NCBI GenBank assembly: GCA_964016885.1
Contig: OZ024741.1
Span: forward strand, 309,070,001 to 309,134,000
Source: Eledone cirrhosa
Taxonomy: Eukaryota
Length of the DNA stretch: 64,000 nucleotides
Direction of reading: 5' to 3'
The notes beneath the pieces were generated by a model. It was not told the DNA's origin, searched no databases, and saw nothing but the letters and a program-made list of their open reading frames with translations. This document shows, in pieces, positions 42,880 to 55,392 of the stretch (the first letter of the stretch is position 1; every line of letters starts with the position of its first letter). The translations under genes were made by a program, and so were the position numbers.

Positions 42880-43817
42880 GAATCTATCAATCTATATACA
42901 TATGAATCTCTCTCTATATATATGAATATATATATATATACATGTATATATTTATCTAGATATACACACATACATATGTATATTCACATAAATATGCATA
43001 TAGGTTGATAGATCTGCATACATATATACACATACATATGTATCATAAGGGTTTGCTACAGTTAAGCTTTCATCGTTTCGATAGTAGATTAAATTTAATT
43101 GATAATATCGAACCTACTGATTATCTTTCATATGTCTGATACTTCTTTATCGATCTTGCCTTTGTCAAACCGCTACTTTGCCGGTATCAAATCTATCAGG
43201 GCCCATCGATGATCCGGTTAAAACAGCCAATTGAGAAAGAAAGATATAAAATGATAAAGAAAAAGAACTAGTTGACTTCGATGGGAATTGAACTCTAGGC
43301 ACCGGCTGTCGAATTCGGAAGTAGTTATGGCCCGATGCTCTATCGACACTGCCATTTTGCCGCCTTGCGCGAAAACGTATATACATTAGCACACACACAC
43401 ACACATGTATACATATATATGCAAATATAAAAAGTTTAGTCGTCAAATTGGCACAGTCGTTAGAGCGTGAGATAGAATCCTCTACGGTAGTTTTTTTGCT
43501 CCCTGCTCTCTGAGTTCAAATCCCATCCGAGGTCAATTAAAATATGCCAGTCTAGTACTGGCGTCGATTCTTCCTTTATATCTCTTTCTCACTTTCTCTC
43601 TCTCACTATCTATTCTTCTCCAGAATAAATCTGCAGACCTGGAAAGGGATGCGCGACACGAGGTCTTAAAGTGCTCGGGAATCTCCGTATGTCAATAGAA
43701 CGCCCCAATGAATCCTTCGTGAGTTACAGGACTCTGCTTGCATGCATATAACATTTAAAATGTTATATACATATTTTATACTCTATTTGGTGAAGTTTCT
43801 TGAATCGTATTTCTGAG

Positions 43818-43849
<32 letters not shown>

Positions 43850-43879
43850 GGTGGTGGTGGTCGTCGTCGTCGTCTTCTT

Positions 43880-44290
43880 CTTCTTCTTATTATTATTATT
43901 CGTGGGGGGAAATTTCTCAAACACTCCTTTCAGCGGGTCTTGTCAGAAGCAATCGTCTCCAACTGATCCGGCTGCAGCCCCAAGCGAGACTAGCTGAGCT
44001 CATGAATGTTATCGAACCATCTTGCTCGTGGTTTCCTGTCAGTTGGTTTTCCAAGCGATTTTTTTCTGGGACATTCAGACCACATGCCCATATTATTGGA
44101 GCTGTGATCTCTCAGTTCGGACAAGTAGTGGCTCTAGCTGGAGCGATTCTGATCTTCGAGCTACACACTCTATCGAATAACATTACTCCAAAGACCATTC
44201 GGAGGGACCCCATTTCGCCCGCTTGTATTCGCGATCGTATTCTTTCGGTCATTAGCCAAGATTCATGCCGAATTGAAGATAGCGCGTTTA
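43880..44290 (-). mobile_element. RTE-group LINE 3' fragment with a trinucleotide tail
   Basis: Minus-strand HESWLMTERIRSRIQAGEMGSLRMVFGV...YGHVV; same family as 38985-39345. Confidence 0.8.
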
Positions 44291-44885
44291 GTGTTTACCC
44301 CTACCTCCCTTCTGATTACCGAATGCTGAAGCTGGCGCATTACTGCATAACTATCCTAATATATGTGGGTTTTAAAGGATAATAATATTAACAATTATCA
44401 ATAAATTTCTTTGTTCATTATCGAAATCCGTTGCCAACGTCTCCTTACATTAATGGATACAGTAGGTGTGATCACATTCTCTCAGAGAAACATTCTTTTA
44501 TCGTTTGGCGAATTTTGGAAAAAAGATCGGAACTTTGAATTCTTGTGGACACTGACATCAGCATATATTAGAGGATTTCCATCTACTAACTTGGTGAAAC
44601 ATTTCATTTATCATACAATTGTTATGGCATAACCAGAAAATTTGTCTTATGGATAATGAAAAAATTCATTTTTCCTTTCATTAAGATACAAAATGGATTA
44701 ATAATAACCACTTTCTACGAAAGACATTAAACAGATACAAAACATAACTTGTAGCTCACATGGCAATAGAATACATAAATGTGAGAGGCAGCAATTTCTC
44801 AGGATATTCTTGATTTTTCGGTGGCAAATAATCAAATCTCTATTGATTAATAACTAATCATATTTAAACGGTTACTGGATGCTTT

Positions 44886-44924
<39 letters not shown>

Positions 44925-45095
44925 TGTGGAGATATAAAAGATACAGAAGCGAAAACCAACCAAACAGTGAGTGTGTTCTGTTATTATTTCTGGCAATATT
45001 ATTCAACAATATGACGCTCCCCAAGTATAACAATATATATATATATATGTATGTTTGTATATATATATATATATATATAAAATATATATATATGT

Positions 45096-45170
<75 letters not shown>

Positions 45171-45171
45171 C

Positions 45172-45222
<51 letters not shown>

Positions 45223-45237
45223 CATATATATATACAA

Positions 45238-45304
<67 letters not shown>

Positions 45305-45308
45305 CATA

Positions 45309-45383
<75 letters not shown>

Positions 45384-45691
45384 CACCAGGTCACATACAT
45401 ACATATACATTTATGTGCAGTGATTGGAGACTGATTTTCTATAATAACCGATTTTTTATTCACTTGTTAATTTGTTTGAGATGCGTTGGTTGAGGGCTTA
45501 TGGCGAGAGAGCAACTATTAGAATTTCGCTTCCTACCGTCACGTAAATTATTGAATCGATTGACGCCATTTTGATGACGCGTATGGATTTCAGTTGCTGA
45601 TGTTTTACTGTGTTGGCCGTCGCATTCACTGTCATAGCCGACACGGAATAGAATCGAATTCTGTCGATCAATTGGTTATTGATTAGCCGAA

Positions 45692-45804
45692 ACCCGCTGA
45701 TGAAGCCACATGCACCGATTGTGCATTGTTGCATAATAAATGCAAACAGTGGATGTTGTGCACTCTATTGCTGCATTAAGCGTGGCCGAAACTCGAGTAC
45801 AAGT
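45692..45804 (+). ncRNA. Degenerate hammerhead with an extended stem II
   Basis: CTGATGA-a-gccac...gtggc-c-GAAA-ctcgag-TA; stem I partly mismatched. Confidence 0.5.
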
Positions 45805-45928
45805 AAAGTTTGAAGGTACCCATTTACGTGTTTTTGATTGAAACGAATAACTATGTCTACTCTGGGACTTTACATTACCTGAGATGCAACTGGTTCTAGC
45901 AGTGAAACCCATACGAGTCCCGTCAACC

Positions 45929-45971
<43 letters not shown>

Positions 45972-45972
45972 G

Positions 45973-46148
45973 TATCGGTAGAGGGTTGGACGTCGTGCTC
46001 TGACGCATAGAGTTACGGTCCTGGCCATTCTGAGTTCGAATCCCGCCGAGGTTAACTTTGCCTTTAATCCTTTCGGGGTCGATAAAATAAAGTACCAGTA
46101 ATACACTGGGATAATTGTTGGCCTTGTGCCAAAAAGTAGAAACAATTG
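45973..46148 (+). mobile_element. SINE family 1
   Basis: gagttcgaatccc B-box, same body. Confidence 0.85.
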
Positions 46149-46564
46149 TTATTGTTACTGGGTGTAGTAGTAGTACGTACATATATATATATATATATGT
46201 TTGCGTGTATATATAGATGTATATATATACATATATATATATATATATGTATAAATACATCTATATATACACGCAAACATATATATATATGACGTATTAT
46301 CTTCGTTTTTCCGTTCATTGCCAGAGAACGTCTCTATGCACCACCTAAGAGAACATTAGTCTACGACCTCTTTTATACCATAAACGTGGTTCTGTCTTTG
46401 AGTGTAATTGTTTTTCACCGCTCCTATTAATGACGTATTATATTCGTTTTTTCCCGTTCTTAGCCAAGGAACGTTTCCACGAACCAAAGTATCGTCTTCC
46501 TGTCTTCCTCCGGTTGCAACGTTTTTTGAAATATCCACTTCTGCGTTTACAGATTGACTTTGTT

Positions 46565-46729
46565 AGTTTCAGAAGATCCCGTTAAGGGTGAAAGCAGCGA
46601 TTCTTTGCTTAAACTTTAATCTGTTATTTTAATAAATATTTGCTCTACGGTTCTTATATATTTGATATATATTTATCCTTATCGAGCCCTCTTTGGATTT
46701 TAGTCTTCAAATTTATTATTATTACTATA
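46565..46729 (+). mobile_element. pLTR-like fragment (family C) with an HHR-like fold at 46565-46615
   Basis: Inverted copy at 47971-48131, which is itself folded back at 48131-48183. Confidence 0.7.
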
Positions 46730-46766
46730 TATATATATATATATATACATGCACACATGTATGCAT

Positions 46767-46877
<111 letters not shown>

Positions 46878-46884
46878 CAGAGTT

Positions 46885-47021
46885 CGGATCTAGCTGTCCC
46901 AACGGCCGGAGCTCAGCCGTCGGGGTCTGACTCTTTTCCTATTACCCACTCTACTACCCTAAGTATCGAGTACTCTGGTGTGTTATGGTCCACCTGGTAT
47001 CTTACCGCATCTTCTTTGTTA
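46885..47021 (+). mobile_element. Diverged terminal fragment of the Penelope family
   Basis: Matches 52225-52360. Confidence 0.85.
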
Positions 47022-47178
47022 TATATATGTATATATATATGTATAGATTATATATATTATATATATATTTTTTTAATTGTACTTATATTGTCTATATATG
47101 TATATATATATGCATACATATACACATACACAGACACATAGATACACGGACACCAAATATATAGGTGTGGGGATTGTC

Positions 47179-47246
<68 letters not shown>

Positions 47247-47364
47247 TATATACATATATATAAACATATATATAAACATATATATATATACAGACATATA
47301 TATATATATACATATATATTTATATATATATATATGTGTGTGTGTTTATAAATATGTATATATA

Positions 47365-47420
<56 letters not shown>

Positions 47421-47572
47421 CATAGTATATTTATAAATAAATAAATATATATATATGTCTGTGTGTGTGAGTTTATGCACATATATATAGATAGGAGAAA
47501 CTATTGAGACAAAGAGAAAAGAAAAAAGGGAGAAAGCAAGAAAAATAGAAGAGAGAGAGAGGGTTGAAAGTC

Positions 47573-47647
<75 letters not shown>

Positions 47648-47932
47648 GAGGGAAAGTATGTGTGTTAATCATGTATTATATTATAGCAGCAGTAGATCTG
47701 TTTGTGTGATGGCATATTGTTGCTAGATGCCAACAGCATGCAAGCATGCAACACATGCTGTTCTGTTAAATATTGGCCTTACTGCTTTGGAGAACATTCA
47801 TTCACATGTTGAATATACGAAACCTCGTCTGCGTCTCATGTTCATATATATATATTTATATATATATACATTATGAAACAAAATACCAGTAATGCACTGG
47901 GTAATTACTGGCCTTGTGTCAAAAGTAGAAAC

Positions 47933-47970
<38 letters not shown>

Positions 47971-47976
<6 letters not shown>

Positions 47977-48177
47977 ATAATAATAAAATTGAAGACTAAA
48001 ATCCAAAGAGGGCTCGATAAGGAAAATATATATCAAATATATAAGAGCCGTAGAGCAAATATTTATTAAAATAACAGATTAAAGTTTAAGCAAAGAATCG
48101 CTGCTTTCACCCTTAACGGGATCTTCTGAAAGGGTGAAAGCAGCGATTCTTTGCTTAAACTTTAATCTGTTATTTTA

Positions 48178-48183
<6 letters not shown>
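47971..48183. repeat. Family C fragment with a fold-back
   Basis: 48061-48114 pairs with 48130-48183; between TA tracts. Confidence 0.85.
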
Positions 48184-48247
<64 letters not shown>

Positions 48248-48373
48248 TGGGATTAACCGAACAGCGTTATATATATATATGTATATATATATACATATTA
48301 TATTATGAATATATATATTATATAAATATATATATATATTATACATATATATATATAGATACATATATATATA

Positions 48374-48547
48374 TATATATCAACTAGAAATAGATTGACA
48401 TATATATATATATAAAATAAACATATGAAACAATGACAGGGAATAATTTGTAAAGAATGTACATTCTTTACAAATTATTCCCTGTCATTGTTTCATATGT
48501 TTATTTTATATATATATATATGTCAATCTATTTCTAGTTGATATATA
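48374..48547. repeat. Perfect palindrome of about 174 bp with no spacer, centred at 48460/48461
   Basis: ...taaagaatgt|acattcttta... Confidence 0.95.
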
Positions 48548-48638
48548 ATGCTCGCATCTATTCATTGGAATCGTTGAGCTTATTCTACAGTGGATATGGC
48601 GCATGTCTCTCAGACATGACAACCCTTAATTTTAATTT

Positions 48639-48672
<34 letters not shown>

Positions 48673-48682
48673 AACCAGTAAG

Positions 48683-48776
48683 ACCCCGACAGCTGAGCTC
48701 AAGCCGTTTCGACGGCTAATTCTGGACTAAATGAAAATTTATCCTGGTATTTAAATAGCCGATCTTCTCAAGGGGT
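48683..48776 (-). ncRNA. Hammerhead ribozyme candidate, U3-A8 core variant (left arm)
   Basis: acccc-TTGAGAA-ga(t)cggcta...tagccgtc-GAAA-cggcttgagctcagctg-TC-ggggt. Confidence 0.75.
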
Positions 48777-49886
48777 AATTCCATATATGGTCAAAGTGAT
48801 TGTCAAAAATCAGTAGTAATTCTGTGGTTGCAAATTAGTAGGGGAGATGGTGGCTAAACCTCCCAGTAGGAGAAAGAGGGGAGGGGGTGGAGTAGACCCA
48901 ATCAAGCGTTGGTAGTGCCAGCTACAGCTGGGCATGAGGTCAAAGAAGATACAGGGGAGGGGGAGGGGGAGGAAGTCGGAACGGTAGGTAGAACAATGGG
49001 GGGTAGAAATAGGAAAGAAAAAAAAAAAATACTGAGAGTGAAGAAAGGCAAATAAGTGTAAAGAAAAGTAAAGTAAATTAAATTCTACGACCTAGGTGTC
49101 AGGCTATTGTTAGGCGAGAATAAAATAAAGAAAGAAAGAAAGAAGTAAAAAAATAAATAAATGAATAGATAAGGAAATAAGTAAGAGAACTAGGTGGGAC
49201 GGATAAGGCAAGGACCCTTTTAAGAGGTATAAGTACGTAAATGATACGGTGACGGGTCAACAAAAGGGGCCAAAATACTAAAGAGACTACCACGAAATAA
49301 ACAATAAAGGTTTCCATCCCGGGCCAGCAACGACCCAGTGCAGCAAAGTGAACTTGTACGAGATAATAATTCTGAGTCCCGAGAAAAATATATACTAATG
49401 CTAACTCTAAAAGATCTAAAACAAGCTACATGAAAGTTCGTACGAAATAAAGGTAGAATACGGAGAAATAAATTCAGAATCCACCCCGCCCAGAAGAAGA
49501 GCGAAGCAAGAAATACTGAAACGAAAAAATAAGGCATGTGCCACTAAGAAATATAGAGGGCACAGAGAATAGTGGGAGCGGTCGGAAAAAGGGGGAAAGT
49601 ATCCGGGGTCTAAGCCAGCTGCTATAAAGGGCGGAGTCCGCCAAATCTATCAAAGACTAGGGGAGGGGGGGTGGGGGTACTAAGGCTACATGGGGCCAAA
49701 GGGCAGCCTCGGGTGGGCGAGAAAAGACGCCGACAAAGGAGAAGAGCTGGGGTAGAAGGACAAAGGGGAGAGGGGGGGAAGGAAATAAAGGAAGTGATAA
49801 AAGAATACAAAGAAGATCTTACGTCTTCCTTGGCAAGCAGGGGTTACCTATTGCAAAATCGGCAACTGGGGTGTTATAGCCCTAGT

Positions 49887-50972
49887 CTACCCCCCCCCCG
49901 GGTCATTATGGGGTTTGAGGGCGAGGTAAGTCCTACGCAATCTATGTTTACATGCAGTAACCAGTTCATCTTTCTTGTTTAGGAGTTGGTCCGTCGAAAA
50001 CAGCATTTGTAAAGTTTCCTCCGAGCATAAATTGCACGGACGGCGTCCTCCCGTGTAAGAATTGGCTCTGGACAGTAATCTCCAAGTGAGATCATAGGTG
50101 ATGTTGTTGTCCTTGAGGTCCCATATGTGGCCCGAAAGTGTAGTGGCGTGACGCCGGGCCGGGTTTCGGAAGGTATGTCTATGTTGGTATAGCCGGGTCT
50201 TGAAGTCACATGCGGTAAGTCCTATATAGGCTTTGTTGGAGGTATCCGTCCTCACGTTGCACTGGTAGATCACATTACGGTCTCTGCATCTATTGTCGAG
50301 TGGGCAAATAGATCTATCCGGGCAGTTACACCTCCTGGTCGGTTCTCCACTGCTAATTAGGTTATTTCTGCCATCGGGGTTGAGTTTTTTGTTGTTAGAG
50401 GAGACGATGATTTGTGCGAAGTTTGGTGTAGTGCTGTAAGAGAGTTTGATGGTATTTTTGTTAATTATGTTGTGGTAGCGGTGTTGTAATGGGAAGTGTT
50501 TTTCAATGAGCCTAAAGAATAGTTTCCCGATGGGAGTAGTCACCTCTGCGTTGTGGGGAGGATTGAACCATGTTACATTGCGTGAGCGGCGGTGTCTCCT
50601 GCTGGTTCCGCTAATGGGAGCTGGACAGTAGGATATTTCCTCCCGGAAACCACTCCGCTTGAGGGCCTGGTTGTAATAAGGCGCATGTTCATCGAATATC
50701 CGCTCATTAGCTGACAAACGGGATATGCGGAGGGAGATGTTTTTGACCAGGTTGTTTGTGATGTTCCTAGGATGGTTTGATCGGCGGTGGATGTAGTGCA
50801 GATTGTCATTAGGTTTCCTGTATGGGTAGTACAGGTCGTTTTCGAGGTCGAGGGTTACGTCCAGGAAGTTTACTCGGGTCAGGGACGTTTGTAGGGTTAT
50901 TTTAAATCCCCAGTCGCGGAAGAATCTGATTAATTGTTTCCGGACCCGATCTGTACTACTGGGGTTGTACCT
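49887..50972 (-). CDS. Penelope-like RT C-terminus/thumb, Cys linker and GIY-YIG endonuclease (5'-truncated, about 361 codons, unbroken)
   Basis: Frame is open upstream of the listed ORF: VNFLDVTLDL, YRKPN, YIH..SNHP, WFNPP, CNC..CPL..C, VIY...YIG, FKTRLYQH, CNLCSEE, LLN. Confidence 0.92.
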   Translation of the reverse strand, partial: RYNPSSTDRVRKQLIRFFRDWGFKITLQTSLTRVNFLDVTLDLENDLYYPYRKPNDNLHYIHRRSNHPRNITNNLVKNISLRISRLSANERIFDEHAPYYNQALKRSGFREEISYCPAPISGTSRRHRRSRNVTWFNPPHNAEVTTPIGKLFFRLIEKHFPLQHRYHNIINKNTIKLSYSTTPNFAQIIVSSNNKKLNPDGRNNLISSGEPTRRCNCPDRSICPLDNRCRDRNVIYQCNVRTDTSNKAYIGLTACDFKTRLYQHRHTFRNPARRHATTLSGHIWDLKDNNITYDLTWRLLSRANSYTGGRRPCNLCSEETLQMLFSTDQLLNKKDELVTACKHRLRRTYLALKPHNDPGGG

Positions 50973-52172
50973 TTAAGAAAGATGAACTGGTTACTGCATG
51001 TAAACATAGATTGCGTAGGACTTACCTCGCCCTCAAACCCCATAATGACCCGGGGGGGTAGACTAGGGCTATAACACCCCAGTTGCCGATTTTGCAATAG
51101 GTAACCCCTGCTTGCCAAGGAAGACGTAAGATCTTCTTTGTATTCTTTTATCACTTCCTTTATTTCCTTCCCCCCCTCTCCCCTTTGTCCTTCTACCCCA
51201 GCTCTTCTCCTTTGTCGGCGTCTTTTCTCGCCCACCCGAGGCTGCCCTTTGGCCCCATGTAGCCTTAGTACCCCCACCCCCCCTCCCCTAGTCTTTGATA
51301 GATTTGGCGGACTCCGCCCTTTATAGCAGCTGGCTTAGACCCCGGATACTTTCCCCCTTTTTCCGACCGCTCCCACTATTCTCTGTGCCCTCTATATTTC
51401 TTAGTGGCACATGCCTTATTTTTTCGTTTCAGTATTTCTTGCTTCGCTCTTCTTCTGGGCGGGGTGGATTCTGAATTTATTTCTCCGTATTCTACCTTTA
51501 TTTCGTACGAACTTTCATGTAGCTTGTTTTAGATCTTTTAGAGTTAGCATTAGTATATATTTTTCTCGGGACTCAGAATTATTATCTCGTACAAGTTCAC
51601 TTTGCTGCACTGGGTCGTTGCTGGCCCGGGATGGAAACCTTTATTGTTTATTTCGTGGTAGTCTCTTTAGTATTTTGGCCCCTTTTGTTGACCCGTCACC
51701 GTATCATTTACGTACTTATACCTCTTAAAAGGGTCCTTGCCTTATCCGTCCCACCTAGTTCTCTTACTTATTTCCTTATCTATTCATTTATTTATTTTTT
51801 TACTTCTTTCTTTCTTTCTTTATTTTATTCTCGCCTAACAATAGCCTGACACCTAGGTCGTAGAATTTAATTTACTTTACTTTTCTTTACACTTATTTGC
51901 CTTTCTTCACTCTCAGTATTTTTTTTTTTTTCTTTCCTATTTCTACCCCCCATTGTTCTACCTACCGTTCCGACTTCCTCCCCCTCCCCCTCCCCTGTAT
52001 CTTCTTTGACCTCATGCCCAGCTGTAGCTGGCACTACCAACGCTTGATTGGGTCTACTCCACCCCCTCCCCTCTTTCTCCTACTGGGAGGTTTAGCCACC
52101 ATCTCCCCTACTAATTTGCAACCACAGAATTACTACTGATTTTTGACAATCACTTTGACCATATATGGAATT

Positions 52173-52266
52173 ACCCCTTGAGAAGATCGGCTATTTAAAT
52201 ACCAGGATAAATTTTCATTTAGTCCAGAATTAGCCGTCGAAACGACTTGAGCTCAGCTGTCGGGGT
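52173..52266 (+). ncRNA. Hammerhead ribozyme candidate, U3-A8 core variant (right arm)
   Basis: Same fold as the left arm with one substitution in stem III; predicted cleavage after C52261 (GUC). Confidence 0.72.
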
Positions 52267-52384
52267 CTTACTGGTTCCTATTACCCACTCTACTACCTCA
52301 AGTATTGAGTACTTTGGTGCGTTATGGTCCACCTGGTTCCTTACCACATTTCCTTCGTTATATATATATATATATATATATATA

Positions 52385-53357
52385 TAAGAAAAATGGAGTG
52401 CTGCGTTGTTGCACATGGGTTACATATGAATAAAATTAGTCCTTCATCAGTGATCTTCCAACCTTCATTGGTATTTCATCGCTTTAAAAATCATATACCT
52501 CTGGTTGGTGCGAGCAATAACTAAATAAAGTTATTGGGACAAGTAAAATAGGATGAAGCGAGCGAGACATGTAAACAAACAACGATGGTATTGCAACGGA
52601 AAGATCGCAAGAGATGAGCACATGAAATCTGTAAGCTTAAGCTTGGTGAATTCATGGGCGAGAGATACAGACCATCTGACATGGGTGAGATGTGAGCGAG
52701 AAAAGGATTTCACACAGGTCAAACGGGAGGAAGTGAGAGAGGGGGAGAAGCAGAGAGTGAGTGAGTGGAAGTGTGAGGAAGAGGCCAGCTGAGAGAGAGT
52801 GTGGCTGGCAGAGGGATAAAAAGAAGGTGAGAGATACAGAGAGAGGGGAAGCAGTAAGAAACAGACAATCGCAGCTGAGGAAAAAGTATAAATATAAGAA
52901 AAATGGAGTACGCGTGGTTGCACATGGGTTACATATGAATAAAATTAGTCCTTCATCAGTGATCTTCCAACCTTCATTGGTATTTCATCGCTTTAAAAAT
53001 CATATACCTCTGGTTGGTGCGAGCAATAACTAAATAAAGTTATTGGGACAAGTAAAATAGGGTGAAACGAGCGAGACATGTAAACAAACAACGATGGTAT
53101 TGCAACGGAAAGATCGCAAGAGACAAGTCTCGTCCATGATTTCACCAAGCTTAAGCTTATAGATATCATGTACTTGTCTCTTCCTATCTTTCCATTGCAA
53201 TACCATCTTTGTTTGTTTACATGTCTCGCTCGCTTCACCCTATTTTACTTGTCCCAATAACTTTTTTTAGTTATTGCTCGCACCAACCAGAGGTATATGA
53301 TTTTTAAAGCGATGAAATACCAATGAAGGTTGGAAGATCACTGATGAAGGACTGATT
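52385..53357. mobile_element. Non-coding element with a direct repeat plus an inverted copy (family D)
   Basis: 52385-52612 repeats at 52895-53122 (period about 510); 53128-53357 is the reverse complement of about 52433-52663; TA flanks. Confidence 0.8.
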
Positions 53358-53385
53358 TTATATATATATATATATAAAGATAGCT

Positions 53386-53481
<96 letters not shown>

Positions 53482-53502
53482 TATATATGCATATATATAT
53501 AC

Positions 53503-53557
<55 letters not shown>

Positions 53558-53587
53558 TATCAATCATATATATGCATATATATATAC

Positions 53588-53683
<96 letters not shown>

Positions 53684-53706
53684 GAGTCCAGAATATATAT
53701 ATATAT

Positions 53707-53844
53707 GGATCCAGAAATAGCCGTCGAGACGGCTTCACCTCTGGCGTCGGGGTTAAACATTTTCCTATTACCCACTCTACTACCCTAAGTATTGAGTACT
53801 CTGGTGCGTTATCGTCCATCTGGTTCCTTACCACACTTCCTTCG

Positions 53845-53847
<3 letters not shown>
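53707..53847 (+). mobile_element. Diverged terminal fragment of the Penelope family
   Basis: Matches 52222-52360. Confidence 0.85.
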
Positions 53848-53917
<70 letters not shown>

Positions 53918-53920
<3 letters not shown>

Positions 53921-54346
53921 TTTCTGAATTTGTTTAGCAAGATTCTTTATCTGAAATCGTGTGTTGAAACCCATATTGTTATACTTTGGGAGGGTCATGT
54001 TGCCAATAAGAAACACACGCACCAGTTGCTTTCACTTCAATTTATTATATATTTATAAATTTATAAATTTACAAATCTACAAACTTATAAATTTCTGGTT
54101 GGTTGGTTGGTTCCACAACCAGATAGTTGTTTATATATAGTCATAGTCCTTTCGTCACACACTCTGTGACCTCTTCAGTGACTGGGGATTCCTTTCTTTG
54201 TTTCTGTGTCTTTCCTTTCTTCTATCCTACGCCATTTTATAAGTGTGTAGATTTGTAAATTTATAAATTTATAAATATATAATAAATTGAAGTGAAAGCG
54301 ACTGGTGCGTGTGTTTCTTATTGGCAACATGACCCTCCCAAAGTAT

Positions 54347-54353
<7 letters not shown>
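53918..54353. mobile_element. Inverted pLTR-like insertion (family B)
   Basis: 53974-54080 pairs with 54246-54353; extra tail 53918-53973; TA flanks. Confidence 0.8.
54139..54183 (-). ncRNA. Minimal type I hammerhead candidate
   Basis: agtca-CTGAAGA-g-gtcaca-gagtg-tgtgac-GAAA-ggac-TA-tgact. Confidence 0.7.
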
Positions 54354-54387
<34 letters not shown>

Positions 54388-54404
54388 TATATATATATAT
54401 ATAA

Positions 54405-55050
54405 TATATAAGATCAAAAGATGGTTAAATGAGTTCCATGTATTTTATTATGCGCATTTCAAAAACAAATATCATCATGCACATTTTCTTTCAATCGCAC
54501 ATATTATTAAATTATTAAACCCTTAAATAATATTCTTAATACATATTAACAATTTCTTTTCATCGCACATATTATTAAACCCTTCAATATACAAACCTTA
54601 ACTTTACATTATTTTTCTCTTCGTTAATTTTCAAATTCTTTTAATTTATACATTATCTTCCAACGGTTTTTTCAACCTCTCTATGTAAAACAATATATTT
54701 TTCTCAGTTATAAAAGCTATCTCTCTCTCTCTATCACCCATCTCTCCTCCTATCTCATCCTTCCTCACTATACTCCTCCCCCTCCACATTTTACTCTCAT
54801 CTCCTCCTCTTTTTCATCCTTTCCACCCCCTCCCCAATTTTTTTTTTCCCCCAATATCACACATCAATCTAAAACTACTTTTCATATGTTGATTTAAAAC
54901 TGCAATATCCACAAGTGTTTTTTAACCTTCATATCATGTCCTCCTATTTTATCTGATGAAAACACAAATGTTATTGCATGATGATATTTGTTTTTGAAAT
55001 GCGCATAATAAAATACATGGAACTCATTTAACCATCTTTTGATCTTATAT
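54405..55050. mobile_element. Element with about 75-bp inverted ends, related to 42470-42822
   Basis: 54405-54481 pairs with 54975-55050. Confidence 0.75.
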
Positions 55051-55137
55051 TATGTATACTCCAGTCCTACAAACTGTAGAGTGCTTCTTATCCGATATCT
55101 GCATTGCTTTATTGTACTACAATAAAACTCACCTCCT

Positions 55138-55245
<108 letters not shown>

Positions 55246-55246
55246 G

Positions 55247-55392
<146 letters not shown>

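Larger units (their letters stand above)
48669..52360 (-). mobile_element. 5'-truncated Penelope-like retroelement (Naiad-like) with inverted pseudo-LTRs
   Basis: Arms 48669-49976 and 50975-52280 are near-identical reverse complements; the right arm has an extra 80-bp tail; RT-GIY-YIG ORF; (TA)n on both flanks. Confidence 0.95.

Noticed and set aside
49887-50972. Selenocysteine (UGA) recoding reported for some Naiad elements
   Set aside because: No in-frame TGA in the retained ORF; the conserved cysteines are TGT/TGC
49099-51849. Mirror-image short ORFs in the two arms
   Set aside because: Consequence of the inverted repeat; no protein motifs
53341-53357. CTGATGA in family D (also the CTGATGA at 42718)
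   Set aside because: No downstream GAAA and stem III could be paired
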